Source: the human T2T-CHM13v2.0 reference genome, Homo sapiens. Taken from it: a stretch of DNA of 64,000 nucleotides. Of this stretch, positions 31,010-45,746 are shown piece after piece. The stretch lies in the NCBI RefSeq assembly GCF_009914755.1, contig NC_060927.1; one strand, written 5' to 3'. The notes below the pieces were generated by a model that saw only the letters and a list, made by a program, of their open reading frames with translations, did not search any database and was not told the origin of the DNA. Positions within the stretch are counted from its first letter, which is position 1, and each line of letters begins with the position of its first letter. The position numbers were made by a program, and so were the translations under genes.

Positions 31010-32260
31010 GCTGTCAGCATATTTTGAAGGCCCACTATGTGCTGGATATTGGCCTGGATGCTGAAGAACCAGTGGCAAACCAGGTAGAGCTTCTGCCCTC
31101 AGGAAGCTTACATTCGAGTGGGGATGAGAGACAAAAAACAGAAATATATGCTCAAATTCCAGGTAGTGTCAAACTGGATGAGGAACTACGGAGTGATGGA
31201 GGAAGAAGAGGGGAAAAGCCCTTTTGGAAAGAGTAGGTGGAAAAAGTTTTCTCGGAAGAGAAAATATTTGAGCAGAGAACTCAACAGGGCAGGGCTTCTC
31301 AACCTCCGCACTGCTGATATAAGGCCAGATAATTCTTTATTATGGGAGCTGTTCTGGTTAATGTAGGAGGCTTGGCAGCATCCCTGGACTCTACCCACTA
31401 GAAGCCAGTAGCAATCCCCTATCCCAGATGTGACAACCAAAAATGTCTCCAGACATTACCCAGTGTGCCCTGTGAGGGCACTCCAGCTGAGAACCACTGG
31501 AAGTACAGTAGGAGAGAGAATGAAAGAGTCAGTCTTCCAGGTAGAAGGAAGGGCCAGTGAAAGGCATATAGGTGGGAATAAGCTGGGTGATTTAGAAGAA
31601 CAGGAAGAAGTTTAGAGCACGTAGACTGCCGAAGTCAGAGGAGAAGGAAATGGTCAAAGGGAGAGTCAGAGAAGTAGTGAGGAACCAGATCACATAGGGC
31701 TTTGTAGATAGCCGTGGGAGGTTTGGAACTGGAGTGGCAAGAGAAACTACTGTAAGGTTTGGGCAGGAAGAGGATTTGACCTGATTACACCTTGAAAAGC
31801 TCACTCTCGCTGCTGTGTAGAGAACTGAACACAGGGCAGAACAGAAGCAACAGGACCACGTAGGAGGCTTGTCCAGGCATCAAAACGAGACACTCGTTCT
31901 GTAGACTGTGGTGATGGCAATGGGGATTTGGAGATGTTGCCAGATTTGAATTCTACTTCAGTGGAAGGACTGATAGAATCTGATGATGTATTGGATGGGA
32001 AATAAAAGGAAAGGAAGCCAAGGAATTGCCTAGGACTGGACATGAACAACTGGGTGGGGCTGCTGCCATCAAATGGGACTGGGGAGAACTGAGCAATAGC
32101 AGGTTTAGGTGGAGGAATCAGTAGGCTGTCTTCTTGGGCAAGTCTACTTCGATATGCTTCTTCAGCATTCAGGTGGGGGGTTTGCACAATGCTTGACACA
32201 TAGCAAGGGATCAGTCAAGGGGGCAAGAAGAGGGGAAAAGCAGACATGCCTGGACAATAA
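31010..32260 (-). mobile_element. Long L2 fragment interrupted by MER20 (31290-31499)
   Basis: Purine-rich antisense L2 motifs (CCAGATCACATAGGGCTTTGTAG, CACTCTCGCTGCTGTGTAGAGAA). MER20 ends CAGGGCTTCTCAACC...GAGAACCACTG. Confidence 0.75.
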
Positions 32261-32304
32261 GAGCATAAAATGATTTACATGATTTACTTCACCACGGCTT
32301 ATGA

Positions 32305-32742
<438 letters not shown>

Positions 32743-33285
32743 TGATAAGAGAAATTATTTGGGTATCTGGAATCCATCATCCACGAGAATCTTGGTTAAT
32801 CTTCATGACTCTCCCTCTGTTTATTTATTAAGGAGTAAATCAATGGCAGAGTTAATTGAAACAAATCTCTTTAGAAAATTTTCCCTATGGTTTCTCACAT
32901 TCCAAAAAAAGTTACACTCCTGGGAGAAAGATTACACACTCTGAGCTGTTAACTACAGAAAAAAAGTGATTTTTAAGGAGTTTAAGGGTGATGTTTATAT
33001 TTAGAGCAAACTGGGCTCCCTGTTGTTGAGTCGAGAAATTGCTATTGGTCATTATTTAAATAACCTCCTGCTGATTCTCCATGGAGCATGCTGCACACAC
33101 ATGTCTCTGTGCAAAGCATCTCCATCCCAAGTGGGTGGCTGCCATTAAGAGCATCTACCACTGCAACTTCAGGTTTTTGCTTTTTATTTGAAATCATTGT
33201 TTTCTCTTCCTTGGCCATCTTAATCCATACAACACAGCTCTTCCAATTATTAGCACATGGAACCTTAATTTCAGATTCTCTGGGA

Positions 33286-33510
33286 CAGGAGTTGGCAAAC
33301 TTTTTAAACGAAAGGCCAGAAAGTAAATATTTTAGACTTTGCAGGCTGTACAGTCTATCCCAATTATGCAACTCTAATGTTGCAGTACAAAACCAACCAC
33401 AGACAATATGTAAATCATCGAGTGTGACTGTGTTCCAATAAAATTTTATTTACAAAAACTGGCCATGGCTAGGATTTGGGCCATGGGCTGTAAATGGCCA
33501 CTCGCCTCTG
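33286..33510. mobile_element. MER58A (hAT-Charlie)
   Basis: CAGGAGTTGGCAAACT...AGTAAATATTTTAG...GTTCCAATAAAATTTTATTTACAAAAAC. Confidence 0.8.
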
Positions 33511-33592
33511 CTCTGGAGGATTAATCTTTTAGATGATACCCAAATGTCTGTAGAGTGACTTCCAGGTACACAGTATAGCCCATATTAAGTCA

Positions 33593-34021
<429 letters not shown>

Positions 34022-34064
34022 TTAGGCATTTGAAATTCCAATAGAGTAAGTAAGTATTTGGTGG

Positions 34065-34582
34065 TATATCAGTTATGCTTGTTATTACAATAGGGCTATA
34101 TAATAAATCACTCCGAAACATTGTAGCCCAAAACAACAACCATTTATCCGAAGTCTATGGATCACCTGAATTAATCTGGCCTGGTTTGCTAATCTTAACT
34201 GGGCTTGCCCAGCTGTCTGCAGTCAATTGGTAAGTTGGGTAGGGCTTGCTTGTTTCAGATAGCCTTGACTAGAATGACTTGGTCCTGCTCCACCTGGTCT
34301 CTTGTGCCCCAGCACACTATCCAGGGATTATTCTCATGGCATGGCTGGAGTCCAAGAGTGAGCAAGACCAACTGTGTCAGAGAGCATGTGAAGTGTATAA
34401 GACCTTTTGAGACTTAGACCCAGAACAGTCATGCTCTCATTTCCACTGCATTCTTTTGGTTACAGTAAGTCACAAGGTTAGCCCAGAATTGTACTGAAAC
34501 AGGACTGTAAAGGTTCAGGACAAAAAGAATTGAATACAGAGAAGCCCTTAACTGGGGTCATCAGTGGAGCCAATCTACCACC
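34065..34582 (-). mobile_element. Old MLT1 (H-like) LTR
   Basis: AAAACAACAACCATTTAT start region and CAATCTACCAC end. Confidence 0.55.
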
Positions 34583-35806
34583 ATGACCACTCCAACACCA
34601 GCTCATTACTGGCATGCTTTCAGGATAGGAATACCACTTAAGCAGGGGGAGGGTGGGAGAATTAACTGATTGACGGATTCTTTGAAAACCTATGTTCTAA
34701 TACATTAGATTTTTAGGATAGCTGAAAGATGGCATTGCTCATTTTCCCATATTTAACCATGCTTAAGAGAAGTGCTTTATAATTTTAAGGATGATTGCCA
34801 TAGGATATGCCTACGTCGCAATGTTGGGTCTTAACAGAGATATCTTAAGAAGCCAAATGGCACCAAAATACTCCAGTTGTACGGTCAAATTAAAGGAAGA
34901 AAAAACAAAAAACAAAAGCCTGTCAGGAAACAAAAACACAATGCACTGTGCTCCCCACCTTCCTCCAGACAGCCCCCCTTGGGCATTGGATGCTTATTGT
35001 TGGCCACCTCAGTAGTCTGGACAAAAATCTTCCAGCAGGAAATCACATCAAAGCTGTCTCATTTCTTTTGTAGAAAGCTCCATGGAAACATTATTTATTA
35101 GAACCCCTTGGCTGCAAGTAACAGAAACCAACTTGAGCTAGCTAAAGTGCTTAAAGGAGGAAGAAAATAAAAACACATCACAGGGATACAGGTTGTCTCT
35201 CAGAAGCCATGGACAAAGATGCGGCTGAGCTTTAGGAAGGGGCTGGAAAGCAGCCAGGGACCAAGAGAGTACTTTCCTCCTCTCATCTCTGCCTCCTTTA
35301 TTTCTCTCTCTGCAAACTGGCTTTAGCCTATGTAGTGATAACTATGTGATGGAAAATGGCTGTCTCATTGTTCCTAGGTTTTATTTTTCTCAGCTGGGAT
35401 TGAGCTAAACTGTCTTAAGTCCTAACTCCATATCCCTGAGAGATCGGACTTTATTTGCCCAGCTTAGCAAATAAAGTCCACTCTGGTTCAATCATCTATA
35501 GCCAGGGTCAGAGACAACAAACAAGGTTCCCAGGACCCCTCCTTTGTGGGTGAAACAGGCACTTAAGGGGTTGTTGGGAGTCACATAAGTATACGTCAAA
35601 AGAGCTTATGATAGGAATTCTCTCCAGTTTTAGGAAGAGATTTCAATAAGAAGGAGGAAAAGAGGTCAACCCTGTGATGTCATCAAGTCATGTATTCAAA
35701 CTCTCTTGATTCCGCACAGCCCTTCAATTTTGTATGTTCTCCCACTCATCAGGGGCATTTATGAGGATGATCTAACACACTGAGAAGATTACTAACAGTT
35801 TACCAG

Positions 35807-36230
35807 TGTCTTAGTTTGGGGGCCCTAAGCAGAAGGCTCCGAGTCAGAGATTCGAGGGCAAATTGCTTATTTGGGAGGTGAACCCAGTAAATGCCAATAT
35901 GGGAAGAATAGAAGGAGCCAATGAACAGTATTAACAAGCAAATCATCCCTGTGGGCAACTGCGCTTAATCCTGCTGGGGAACTCTGAGAACAGTGTGGAT
36001 TATCCACCCAAGGTCTGTCGATCATGGGTTGAGGGCTGCTGGTCACTGCCAGCCTGCTTGCCTGCATGAGGAGAGCTGGCTCCACCAGCCAGAGAAAGCT
36101 CACAGGCAGTGAGGCTCAGAACCTGGCCATGGGATGGAGGTCCAGTCGGTGTATTCTGAAACAGTTGCTGGCCATACCAGCAAGGGGAGTGGGTGTAACA
36201 AAATAGGGAAGGCGTACATAGGTACATAGG
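35807..36230 (-). mobile_element. LTR16/LTR33-like ERVL LTR
   Basis: TGTCTTAG start and TTATTTGGGAGGTGA motif. Confidence 0.5.
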
Positions 36231-37029
36231 TGACAAGATCTTACCTGCTTAAAAAGGCCCACACGAGGAAGAGGCAAGTGTAGAAGCAGTGAGACCGACC
36301 AGAAAGCTCTGTCATGAGTCCAGGCGCAAGACGCCAAAGTCTTGAAAGAGCATTAGTGGGGAGAAAGGAGCGAGCTGGTGGGCAGCTGGGAAGAGTTATA
36401 AGGAAGGAAGTGTTCACAGGAATTACTAATAGATCAGAAAGTGAAAAGGATGACTCCAAGGTGGATTTGGTTTTGTTGGTTTTTATTTTGTCCTCTCTGG
36501 CCTTGAATGAGCAGAATTTTGTGAGGTAGTCCAGGCCAATTAGAAGCCAGGATGCAGGAAAGGGCCAGGCCATGCTCTAGGACTGGAGGCCTGGATCTGG
36601 GGTGAGTTGGGGTCTGATTCTGCGAGGCACATGCTGCCCTGTCTTTCAGCAATCAGTGGCCATCAGAAGCTTTTATGGGGGAAGGGTGCCATGATCAGAT
36701 GTGTTTTAAAAGGTTATTTTGGCCAATCATGAAAATTGGATTGTTAGAGGAAAGTGTAGAGACAAAGGGATCCAGGTACAAAGTTAACATAATCCCGAAA
36801 GAATGAGATGGGAGAGGAGGGTAGACTTACAGCAATGACATCGGCATTGATGCAGAGGGATGGTCAAAAGAGTAGGTGATTGATTGTATGTGAGGTAAGT
36901 GAGAAAGAAATGGGTTAAAGAAGGCTCTGAGGTTCACCACTGGGTTGATAGGGAGGATGGTAAAGCTTTTCCCTGAGCTACCGGGCACAGGCAGAGAGGC
37001 AATTCCAAGAGAAGTCATTTTCTCTTTGG

Positions 37030-37340
37030 GAGGGCTGCCAGATACAATGCAGGAGGCCCAGTTGCATTTGAGTTTCAGATAAACAACAAATCATTTTTTA
37101 GGGTAAGTATGCCCCCATGAAATAATTAGGATATACTTACCCTAAAAGTATTTCTCCTATTTCCATGTATTAGATCAGTGTTCCTAAACTTTGCTGCAGA
37201 TTAGAATCACCTGGGGAAGATTTTAAACTTCCAGACTGCACCATGCAGTACTTGGGACATACCCTCAAAAATGATTTGTTTATCTGAAATTCAAATGTAA
37301 CAGAGCCTTCTGTATTTTTAATCACTAAATCTGACAACCA
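37030..37340. mobile_element. MER53-like palindromic DNA element containing a MER5 fragment; MER5A at about 37470-37640; all nested in an L2 relic (about 36.3-38.0 kb)
   Basis: Inverted arms TTTCAGATAAACAA / TTGTTTATCTGAAA and MER5 motifs AGAATCACCTGGG and AGAACCACTG. Confidence 0.65.
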
Positions 37341-37907
37341 TACTCTTTGGATGTGCTGAGTTTAAAGTGTCTGTGGGACAGAGTAAGCAGGTGCAGATAT
37401 AGGTCTTGCATTGAACGAAGAGGTCTGGGCTAGAAGTGCACACCTGAGAGTCACATATAGTAGATTATTCAGCCTCTGGTTTGCACACCTGATTGCACTT
37501 TGGAATCACCAGGAAAGATATGCGGAAAAAACAAAACTACTGATGATCAGAGATTCTCCGTTAATTAGTCTATGGTGCAGTCTGGAAGTTTGAAAGCTCC
37601 CCCATGTGATTCTAATATGCAGCAAAGTTTAGAACCACTGATCTAAGCAATGGAAATAGATGAAATCACCAAAATGGAAACGAATGCCCAAGAGGGATTC
37701 CTGGGGAGCCATCAGTGCATAAAGCGGGCAGAGGGACCAGGAGAAAACAAAGGGAGGGTACGCATCACAGGGGGAGGAAGGAAACATCAAAGCCAAGGGG
37801 AGAGAATCCAGGAGGCAGTGGTCCCCTGTGTCCAGGGCTGCAGAAAGGGAAGAGAAGAAAGGTAGCACTAGACTTGTCTATTAGGACAGGTGGCCTTGGT
37901 GGCTGAG

Positions 37908-37922
37908 GGCCACCAGGGGGCG
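37908..37922 (+). promoter_or_regulatory. Candidate CTCF binding site GGCCACCAGGGGGCG
   Basis: 15 consecutive bases identical to the canonical CTCF consensus TGGCCACCAGGGGGCGCTA. Confidence 0.7.
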
Positions 37923-39392
37923 ATGTGGAAGCCAAATTGCAGGGGGTGAGGCGTGTATGAGCGGTGAGCGAGGCGATGCACCAGCTAACTTGGTATTCAT
38001 AAGCAAACCCTTTTACTCCTCTTTTTCCGTATCTGAAAAGCAAAGAAGATGCCACCTTCCCTACTAGACTACCAAGAGGACGAAAGTCAGATGAAAAACA
38101 AGGTGCTGTGAAATTTCTTTTAGCTTGAGGTTCCGGAAAGAATACAACACCGACTTTAGAACAAGCACTCCCACCATCATCACCTCCCAGGTCAGTGACC
38201 ATGGTCTTGATAGCAGTCTCTGAACCTCAGTTATCACAACTGTAAACAGGAGGTAATCGTACCTATCTTAATAGGTGTTCTGAGGAATAGATGGAGTCCC
38301 AGGACAGTGCCTGGCACATTGGAGGTGTTTTTGGCTTCAATTTTTGTTTTTTTTCAAACTGCAAAGGGCTGTGCAAATACCAGATGATGATGATAACAAT
38401 GATGATGGTTATAAAGGAAGAAGGAGGCAAACTCTAGAGGAGTTAAAAGATAGAAGCCACACAGAAAATGAAGATTTCCTGGATGTAACCTGTGGTTTAC
38501 TTGATAGAGTTTCAGCAGAGTCTCGTCATCACGCTTTCCTTTTCTGAAAAGGGCAGGGGCAGTAAGAAGGGAAAGAGGGGGAAGAGACAGAATGAATGAA
38601 TAACTATGAGTGAGAGAATACACCATTTCTCTAATTTACCTGTTGGGGTTTCAGGGGTAACAACTTGAAGTCTTCCCTCACTACTAAGGGATATTAATTT
38701 CCCTTGGGGTGTTTTCCTCTTCATCTCACCATTAAAAGAACCTGAAAATAGCTATCACAAATGAGGTTTGCATTTTTCCACTGCTGACCATGACTGCTTA
38801 TTCCAATATCCTTCCTCCCGCCGAACTGCTCAGGTATGTGAGACGGCAGGCAGGATCAAAGCCACTACTCGGGTTAAAAATTGCCTAATTTGCCGAATTA
38901 TAATAAAACTCAGAGTGGACTTCCTGTCTTCAAAGCACCTTACAAAAGTTAACTAATTAATCGTCATAACACCTTGTGAGGTGTGCATTATTATTACATT
39001 CAAGGTGAAGCTTTAGTTAGTGGCTGAAATTTAAATAAGGCCACTTGATAGAAGTAACCCAACTGAAAATGTAACCAAACATAGAATGGCTTTGGATTTC
39101 ACAAACTGCTCTCCAAGAATCCTGTATGTTATGACTAAGCAATTGAAGACTGCCTCAGCAGCCATTGGAAACATAGAAAAGGAAATCGTTTACTGAGATA
39201 CCCGCTGTTTCAAAGAAGCATTCAAATCAGCAATTTCGGAGGGATGCAGACTTACCTAAAATTACATGTTCTGCAAAATTAAGATGTCAACGTTCTTTGA
39301 AATTATTCTCCCAATTGCAAGGCCCCAGCAAATCTTTATCATTTGGCTTAGAGCAGAGTTTCTCAACCTGGGCACTGTTGACACCTGGGGCT

Positions 39393-39731
39393 TCATATGG
39401 TTTGGCTCTGTGAGCCCAGGCAGATCTCACCTTGAATTGTAATAATACCCATGTGTCAAGTGTGGGACCTCGTGGAGATAACTGAATCATGGGGATGGTT
39501 TTTCCCATGCTTTTCTAGTGAGATCTGATGATTTCATAAGGGGCTTCCTCCTCTGCTCGGCTCTCATTCTTTCTCTCCTGCCACCCCGTGAGGAGGTGCC
39601 TTCCAACGTGATCATAAGTTTCCTGAGGCCTCCCCAGCCATGTGGAACTGTGAGTCAACTAAACCACTTTTCTTTATAAATTACCCAGTCTCAGGTATTT
39701 CTTCATAGCAGCATGAGAACAGACTGATACA
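39393..39731 (+). mobile_element. THE1C/D-like MaLR solo LTR inserted into a MER20 (about 39353-39915)
   Basis: T(C)ATATGGTTTGGCTCTG...CAGACTGATACA with TSD gggct/gagct. MER20 halves lie on each side. Confidence 0.85.
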
Positions 39732-40625
39732 GAGCTGGATCATTCCTCATTATGGGAGGCTTTCCTGTGCATTGTAGGGTGTTTAACAACATCCCTGGCC
39801 TCTACCTACTGTATGCCAGTAGCCCACCAACCTCTTCCCCAAGTTGTGACAATGAAAATGTCCGCAGATATTGCTAACTGTACCCTGGAGGCAAAATTGC
39901 CCCTGAGAACTACTACCTTAGACAAGAGGTCAGAGTATTTCTCTCCAGTATTGCACATATCCAGAGAGCCCCTGTAGATTTAAAAAAAAAATGTTTTTGT
40001 CTTCCCTGAGCCATTACTCTGATCCAAATGAACAAAGAATTTCAGATTTTCCCATGACATGAGGGGACGTGGGTGAGCCAGCACAGAGGGTCCTTAAAGA
40101 TGCACAAAATGGTAAATGCTGAATTTTGGTAACTGGGTGCTACTCACCCAGACAACTCAGTCTGCATAGCGACTGGAAAGAGAGCTGGAGGTGTCTGCCT
40201 GGGGCCCAGAACTTTTTAAATCCTCCCAGGCTTCCCACTGGCAATGCTAATTTTCAAGGAAGGCTTGCATCCCACACAGGACATTTCTGGCCTTGCCTGC
40301 CTCCTCCAACTTTGCATCCTCAAATGCCAAATTCTCCCACTTTGTAGCTTAGCAGGCAGAGAAGCAGCTGAAAACCCTGCGGGCTATTGAGAATGAGTAA
40401 TTGGATATCAGCCTTAAAAATAATCAATCCCTTCCCCCCGCATCCCTTCCCATCTCCATTTCCTCTCTTGCCTCCCCCTACCCTCAGAGGTAAAGGAAAT
40501 CTTAATCACTTTTAGACCAAGGAGGCAAAATCATACTATATTAAGCTTTTTAAGAAAAAATGTAAAGGAATTTATCCCATGGCAGACAAAGTACAAAGTA
40601 TTAAAGTATAGGAGATACATACATC

Positions 40626-41004
40626 TGCTATGTACTAAATTACCCCCAAAATTCATATGTTGCAACTCTAATCCCCAATGTGACTGTATTTGGAGATAGG
40701 GCCTTTAAAGGAGGCAGTTAAGGTTAAGTGAGGTCATACGGGTGGGGCCACAATGTGATAAGACTGGTGTCTTTATAAGAAGAGGAAGAGACCCCAGGGG
40801 TACGCACAAAGGGAAAAGGCCACCTAAGGACATAGTGAGAAGGTGCCCACCTGCAATTCAGCAAGTGGGCCCTCACCAGAAACCAACCCTGCCAACACCT
40901 TGATCTTGGACCTGCAGCCTCCAGAACTCTGAGAAAATCCATTTCTGTTGTTGAAGCCACACAGTTTGTGGTATTCTGGTATGGAAGCCCTAGCTGACTA
41001 ATAT
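40626..41004 (+). mobile_element. MLT1B-like MaLR LTR
   Basis: CCCCAAAATTCATATGTTG...GCAGCCTCCAGAACTCTGAGAAAAT. Confidence 0.8.
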
Positions 41005-41015
41005 GCTATAGAACA

Positions 41016-41326
41016 CAGGTGACCCTCCATATCTGCAGATTCGACCAATCGTGGATCAAAAATATTTGAGAAAAAAAATTGTCTACTGAACATGTGCAGA
41101 CCTTTTTCTTGCCATTATTCCCTAAATAATACAGTATAACTATTTACATAGCACTTATATTGTATTAGGTATTATAAGTAATTTAGAGATGATTTAAGGT
41201 ATATGGGAGGATGTAGGTTATATGCAAATACTACACCATTTTGTATCAGGGACTTGAGCATCTTTAGATTTTAGTATCTGCAGAGGGTCCTGGAACCAGT
41301 CCCCCATGGAGACCAAGGGATGACTG
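41016..41326. mobile_element. MER2 (TcMar-Tigger)
   Basis: CAGGTGACCCTCC...AGGGATGACTG inverted ends, followed by TA. Confidence 0.75.
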
Positions 41327-44300
41327 TACAATTTAGCAGTTAAAAAAAAAAGGCATAGATTCAAAAGATGAATTAAGTGGGAGAAAATAACACCACTGAA
41401 CAATAGGTACATTATTATGCACTTGTAATTTTAGAACCCCACAGACAAAAAACATACACACACACACACACACACATATGCTTTTGTGCATTAGCAGATA
41501 TCCTGACATGTCTGGAAGGAGCGTTCCAATATGGCAACAGTGGTTAGCTCTGGGAAGAGACTGGAATTGAGGAAGGGAGTGGTTAAGAGTTTTTATCTTA
41601 CACTATTTGGACTTTTTTAAAAAACCAAACTAACGTAGTATGCATTACTTGCATCGTAAAACAAAATATTAAGGGTTTTTCTGTTTTGGGTTTTTTTGTT
41701 TTTTTGGTCTCAACTGCTCTTCTTAGTCTTCTCAAAGCCTGAATCATGTTCTTGGTGACACCCACATCAGGCCCCTCCTGAAAGTAGCATAAAATCATAG
41801 AGAATATGGCATTCTTTCTGGTTTAAATTCTATAAATGGACCAGACCATTTCCCACTGTTTCAGTGTAACCATCAATGACATAGTGGGGGAGGGGCACGA
41901 AGAAAGAACAGTTTCCTCAAAATCCAAAATAAAGCTCATTAATAGGAACAAGGATTGAGACATTTTAATTATCCAGGCATGCGCCTGTGGAATTTCTCAT
42001 CCATTTTAATGGAATCCAGGAAGGGAGAGGGAATACATTTTTAATAAAAATAAAGAGTGAAACAAAAACCAATCCAGACAAAATACACCAAAGTAACAAA
42101 AATAACCCCCATGAAATAGATTTCAAAAATAAAACTGAAATAAGTTGAGGGGAGAAAACATCATCAGCCAGACTCCTGGGGTGATTTCACAGGGCCCGTG
42201 ACAGTGCACAACAATTTTGCACATCTAGCTACAGGAAATGGTTCCCGTGTTACAAGTTTCCAATAAGACCAGTTAAAAGAAAGCAACTGGAAACAAAGGT
42301 ACTCCCAGCCCAAATGTGTTCTCTGGAACCCAATTGTTGGCCCTGGTAGGAAGAATAAATAAAATCTTTGCTTCTTTCTAAAAAGGAGAGGAGCACATCA
42401 TTTTCCTTTCACATAGTTTGTGGTAATTCTAAGAGGTTTTAGGATGATCCACATGTTGAATGTGGGTTGTTCTCACTGCTTTTTATTTTAGCAATGGGGA
42501 GGGTCATTTGGTCCCCTCTAAATAGCTTTTTTTTTGTCTCTCCTTTCTTCCTCTATGGGAATAGGCAGTGAGTTTTTCTCCCTAAGGCTCACAGACATAT
42601 TTCACTTCTTGCTTCTATTTCTCCCCATGGCTATGGTAGATCTTTAGTCTCATGGGCCTTCCCTCCATGCCTGGAATAAAACACACACCCTTGGCCATGA
42701 GGCCTTTGCTCAGGTCTTGCTTCCTCCTTGGAAAGAGCTCTTCCTTCTTGCCTCCCTTTTTTCTTCTATCAAGATTAAGTCCTCCAATTACAGACACTCA
42801 AGGGCACCACATACACTCCATAGCTGTTACCACAATTTAACTCAATTATCCAATGTCTGTCTTTCCTGGCAGATTCTGAACTTCAGGAAGGCTGAAGTTT
42901 TATTGCTTTTGTTTGACGCTGAGTGCCCAGCATCAAGCCTGGAAAATAATACTCAGTACATATTTGTTAACAAACTGCTTTGGCCTGATTTATATTTTTA
43001 GAAGACAATGGAGTGAGTTAAGGTCAGCTAAGGTATAATTTCCCAGGGATAAGTGGAAAATCTAAATCATAAAATTCCTCCTAGAGGGGGTGGCTATAGG
43101 GAGGACTGTCAAATAGATGGGTTGGAGAGATAGATGACATTTTCACTAGTCTTGACACATTCTGCAGCCAATAAAAGAGATACTGTCTAGTTCTAGATTT
43201 CGTGACTATCTCAAATGTACTCTTGATTTCTCCTTTGGTCCCAAATTAGGGCTGGTCATATCAATGGTACCTTCTGGGTCACTGGACTGGACCAGTGTTA
43301 GAGTTGCTTACATAAATACTAGAGCTTCTACGTAAATGACACTTTTTGTCAGTAGCATTTTCCCAAGAGTATTTTTCCCCTAAATTTTAAGGCTTGTATG
43401 TTATTTTGGTCATAGGAATGTCACACTCCACTCATTCACTCATAACACAATTATTTTTCAGCCCCAAAGTTGCCTGCTAAAATTATTTGTGGGTAGAGAT
43501 GGGGACAGAGACATCATAAATACTTTGGAAACCAAGAACTTGCTAGAAATAATTTTCCCTCTTCATGACTGCTGATTGTCAACTATTCAATATTCTCTTG
43601 TTAACATACCACATGTTCTATTTAAATAAGAACATAAAATATTTCTCAAAAGAATTTAAGTGAAAAAATACTATAGCTTAATCTTGATTAAATGATGGTG
43701 TTTCTGACCTGTTCTTGAGAACAACTGTCCTTATTAGTGAATAAATTCAGTGGTGACAGGAATGTAAAACAGAATTCACAATTGATATATACATGTCCAT
43801 TATGTTTATATTTGGCTAATAATTTTGTGCAAGTAGGAAGGTTGTTTAGTTTACTTTCGGAAAATAATCTCACACCATCTTTTCTTTGAGCTGCTGCATC
43901 ATCGCAACCTTAAAAAGGCAAGCATAGACACCTTATGAAGAAAAGAGAAAGCAAAGCAGACACATTCAATCCCCATCAGGCTATGGGGTTAAAGCTGATG
44001 GACAAGGGCATGGCTCTCTATTAAAATCACCTGGGGCCTTTTATAAACCCCGGCTACACCCAGAGCAACCACATCAGAATCTCTGGAAGTGGGCCCAGGA
44101 ATCAGCGCTTTTCAAGCTCCCCAGGTGATTCCAATGTGCACCCAAGGTACGAACCATTGGTTCAGCGGCTCCGCTGAGCCTGGTAACTCTCATCTGATGG
44201 GAAAAGGTCCCACAGACTGCAAGCACTTTGCTAAAAACAGCTGCTCCCAATAAAAGAATGCAAATTCTCAGTAACATCGGTGTCACCAGAAAAAAGGAGG

Positions 44301-44605
44301 ATTAGGAGTCACAATTTATCTCTTCAAAACTATTTAAACAAACCACTTAATGGTACCAGGTTTTAAAGTATAAAGTTCTTCACTGCAGCATGTTTTTGTA
44401 ATAACAATTGCGTGTCCATAGAGGATTGGTTAAGTAAATTGTGGTCAACTTTAGAATATGCAGCTATGAAGAGACAGCACAATACTTTTGTTTACTGAGT
44501 ATACAAACTATGTCCTGGGCACTACTCCAGGACCTTGGAATTCATCAGATTCAGGACAAAGATTCTTGCCCTCATGAAACTTAATGAAGAAACTTATTCT
44601 AGAAG

Positions 44606-45184
<579 letters not shown>

Positions 45185-45704
45185 TCAGGGTAGGATGCAT
45201 TGGAAGAATGACAATTGAGCGAGGATTTGAATAAAGGGAGGGAGTCAGCCGTGGATATCTGAGGAAAGACCAGTCCCAGGCAGGGGACCAGCTAGAGCAA
45301 AGCCCCTAAGGCTGAGTGTGCCAGAGTGGAAAAGAGGGGCCAACCCCATCCCGGAGGACCTCAGAGCCTACTCTAAGGACTTTGACCTTTCACTTGACAT
45401 TTTAAAAGAGTAGCTCTGCCTGCTACAGGGAGAGGAATCTGTAGGTGGCACAGGGAAAAGGCAGAGAGAACCGTAAGGAAGCTAATCCAAGAGTGGGGGA
45501 GAGAGAAGGACAAAGAATGGGAATGAGTGACGTATAAAAGGCTTTATTTTTATGTGTGTGTGTATATCTATATATACATACATACTCCTAACTTGAAGAA
45601 ATACCCACAATATGTAAGGTAAAGGAACAGTTCATAACATAGTAAGGGCTAATGGCCCATTTTTTCATAAAAACTATATATACGTACACATATACCCATA
45701 CAGT

Positions 45705-45706
<2 letters not shown>

Positions 45707-45741
<35 letters not shown>
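45707..45741 (+). repeat. (CA)n microsatellite
   Basis: Seen directly. Confidence 0.95.
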
Positions 45742-45746
<5 letters not shown>

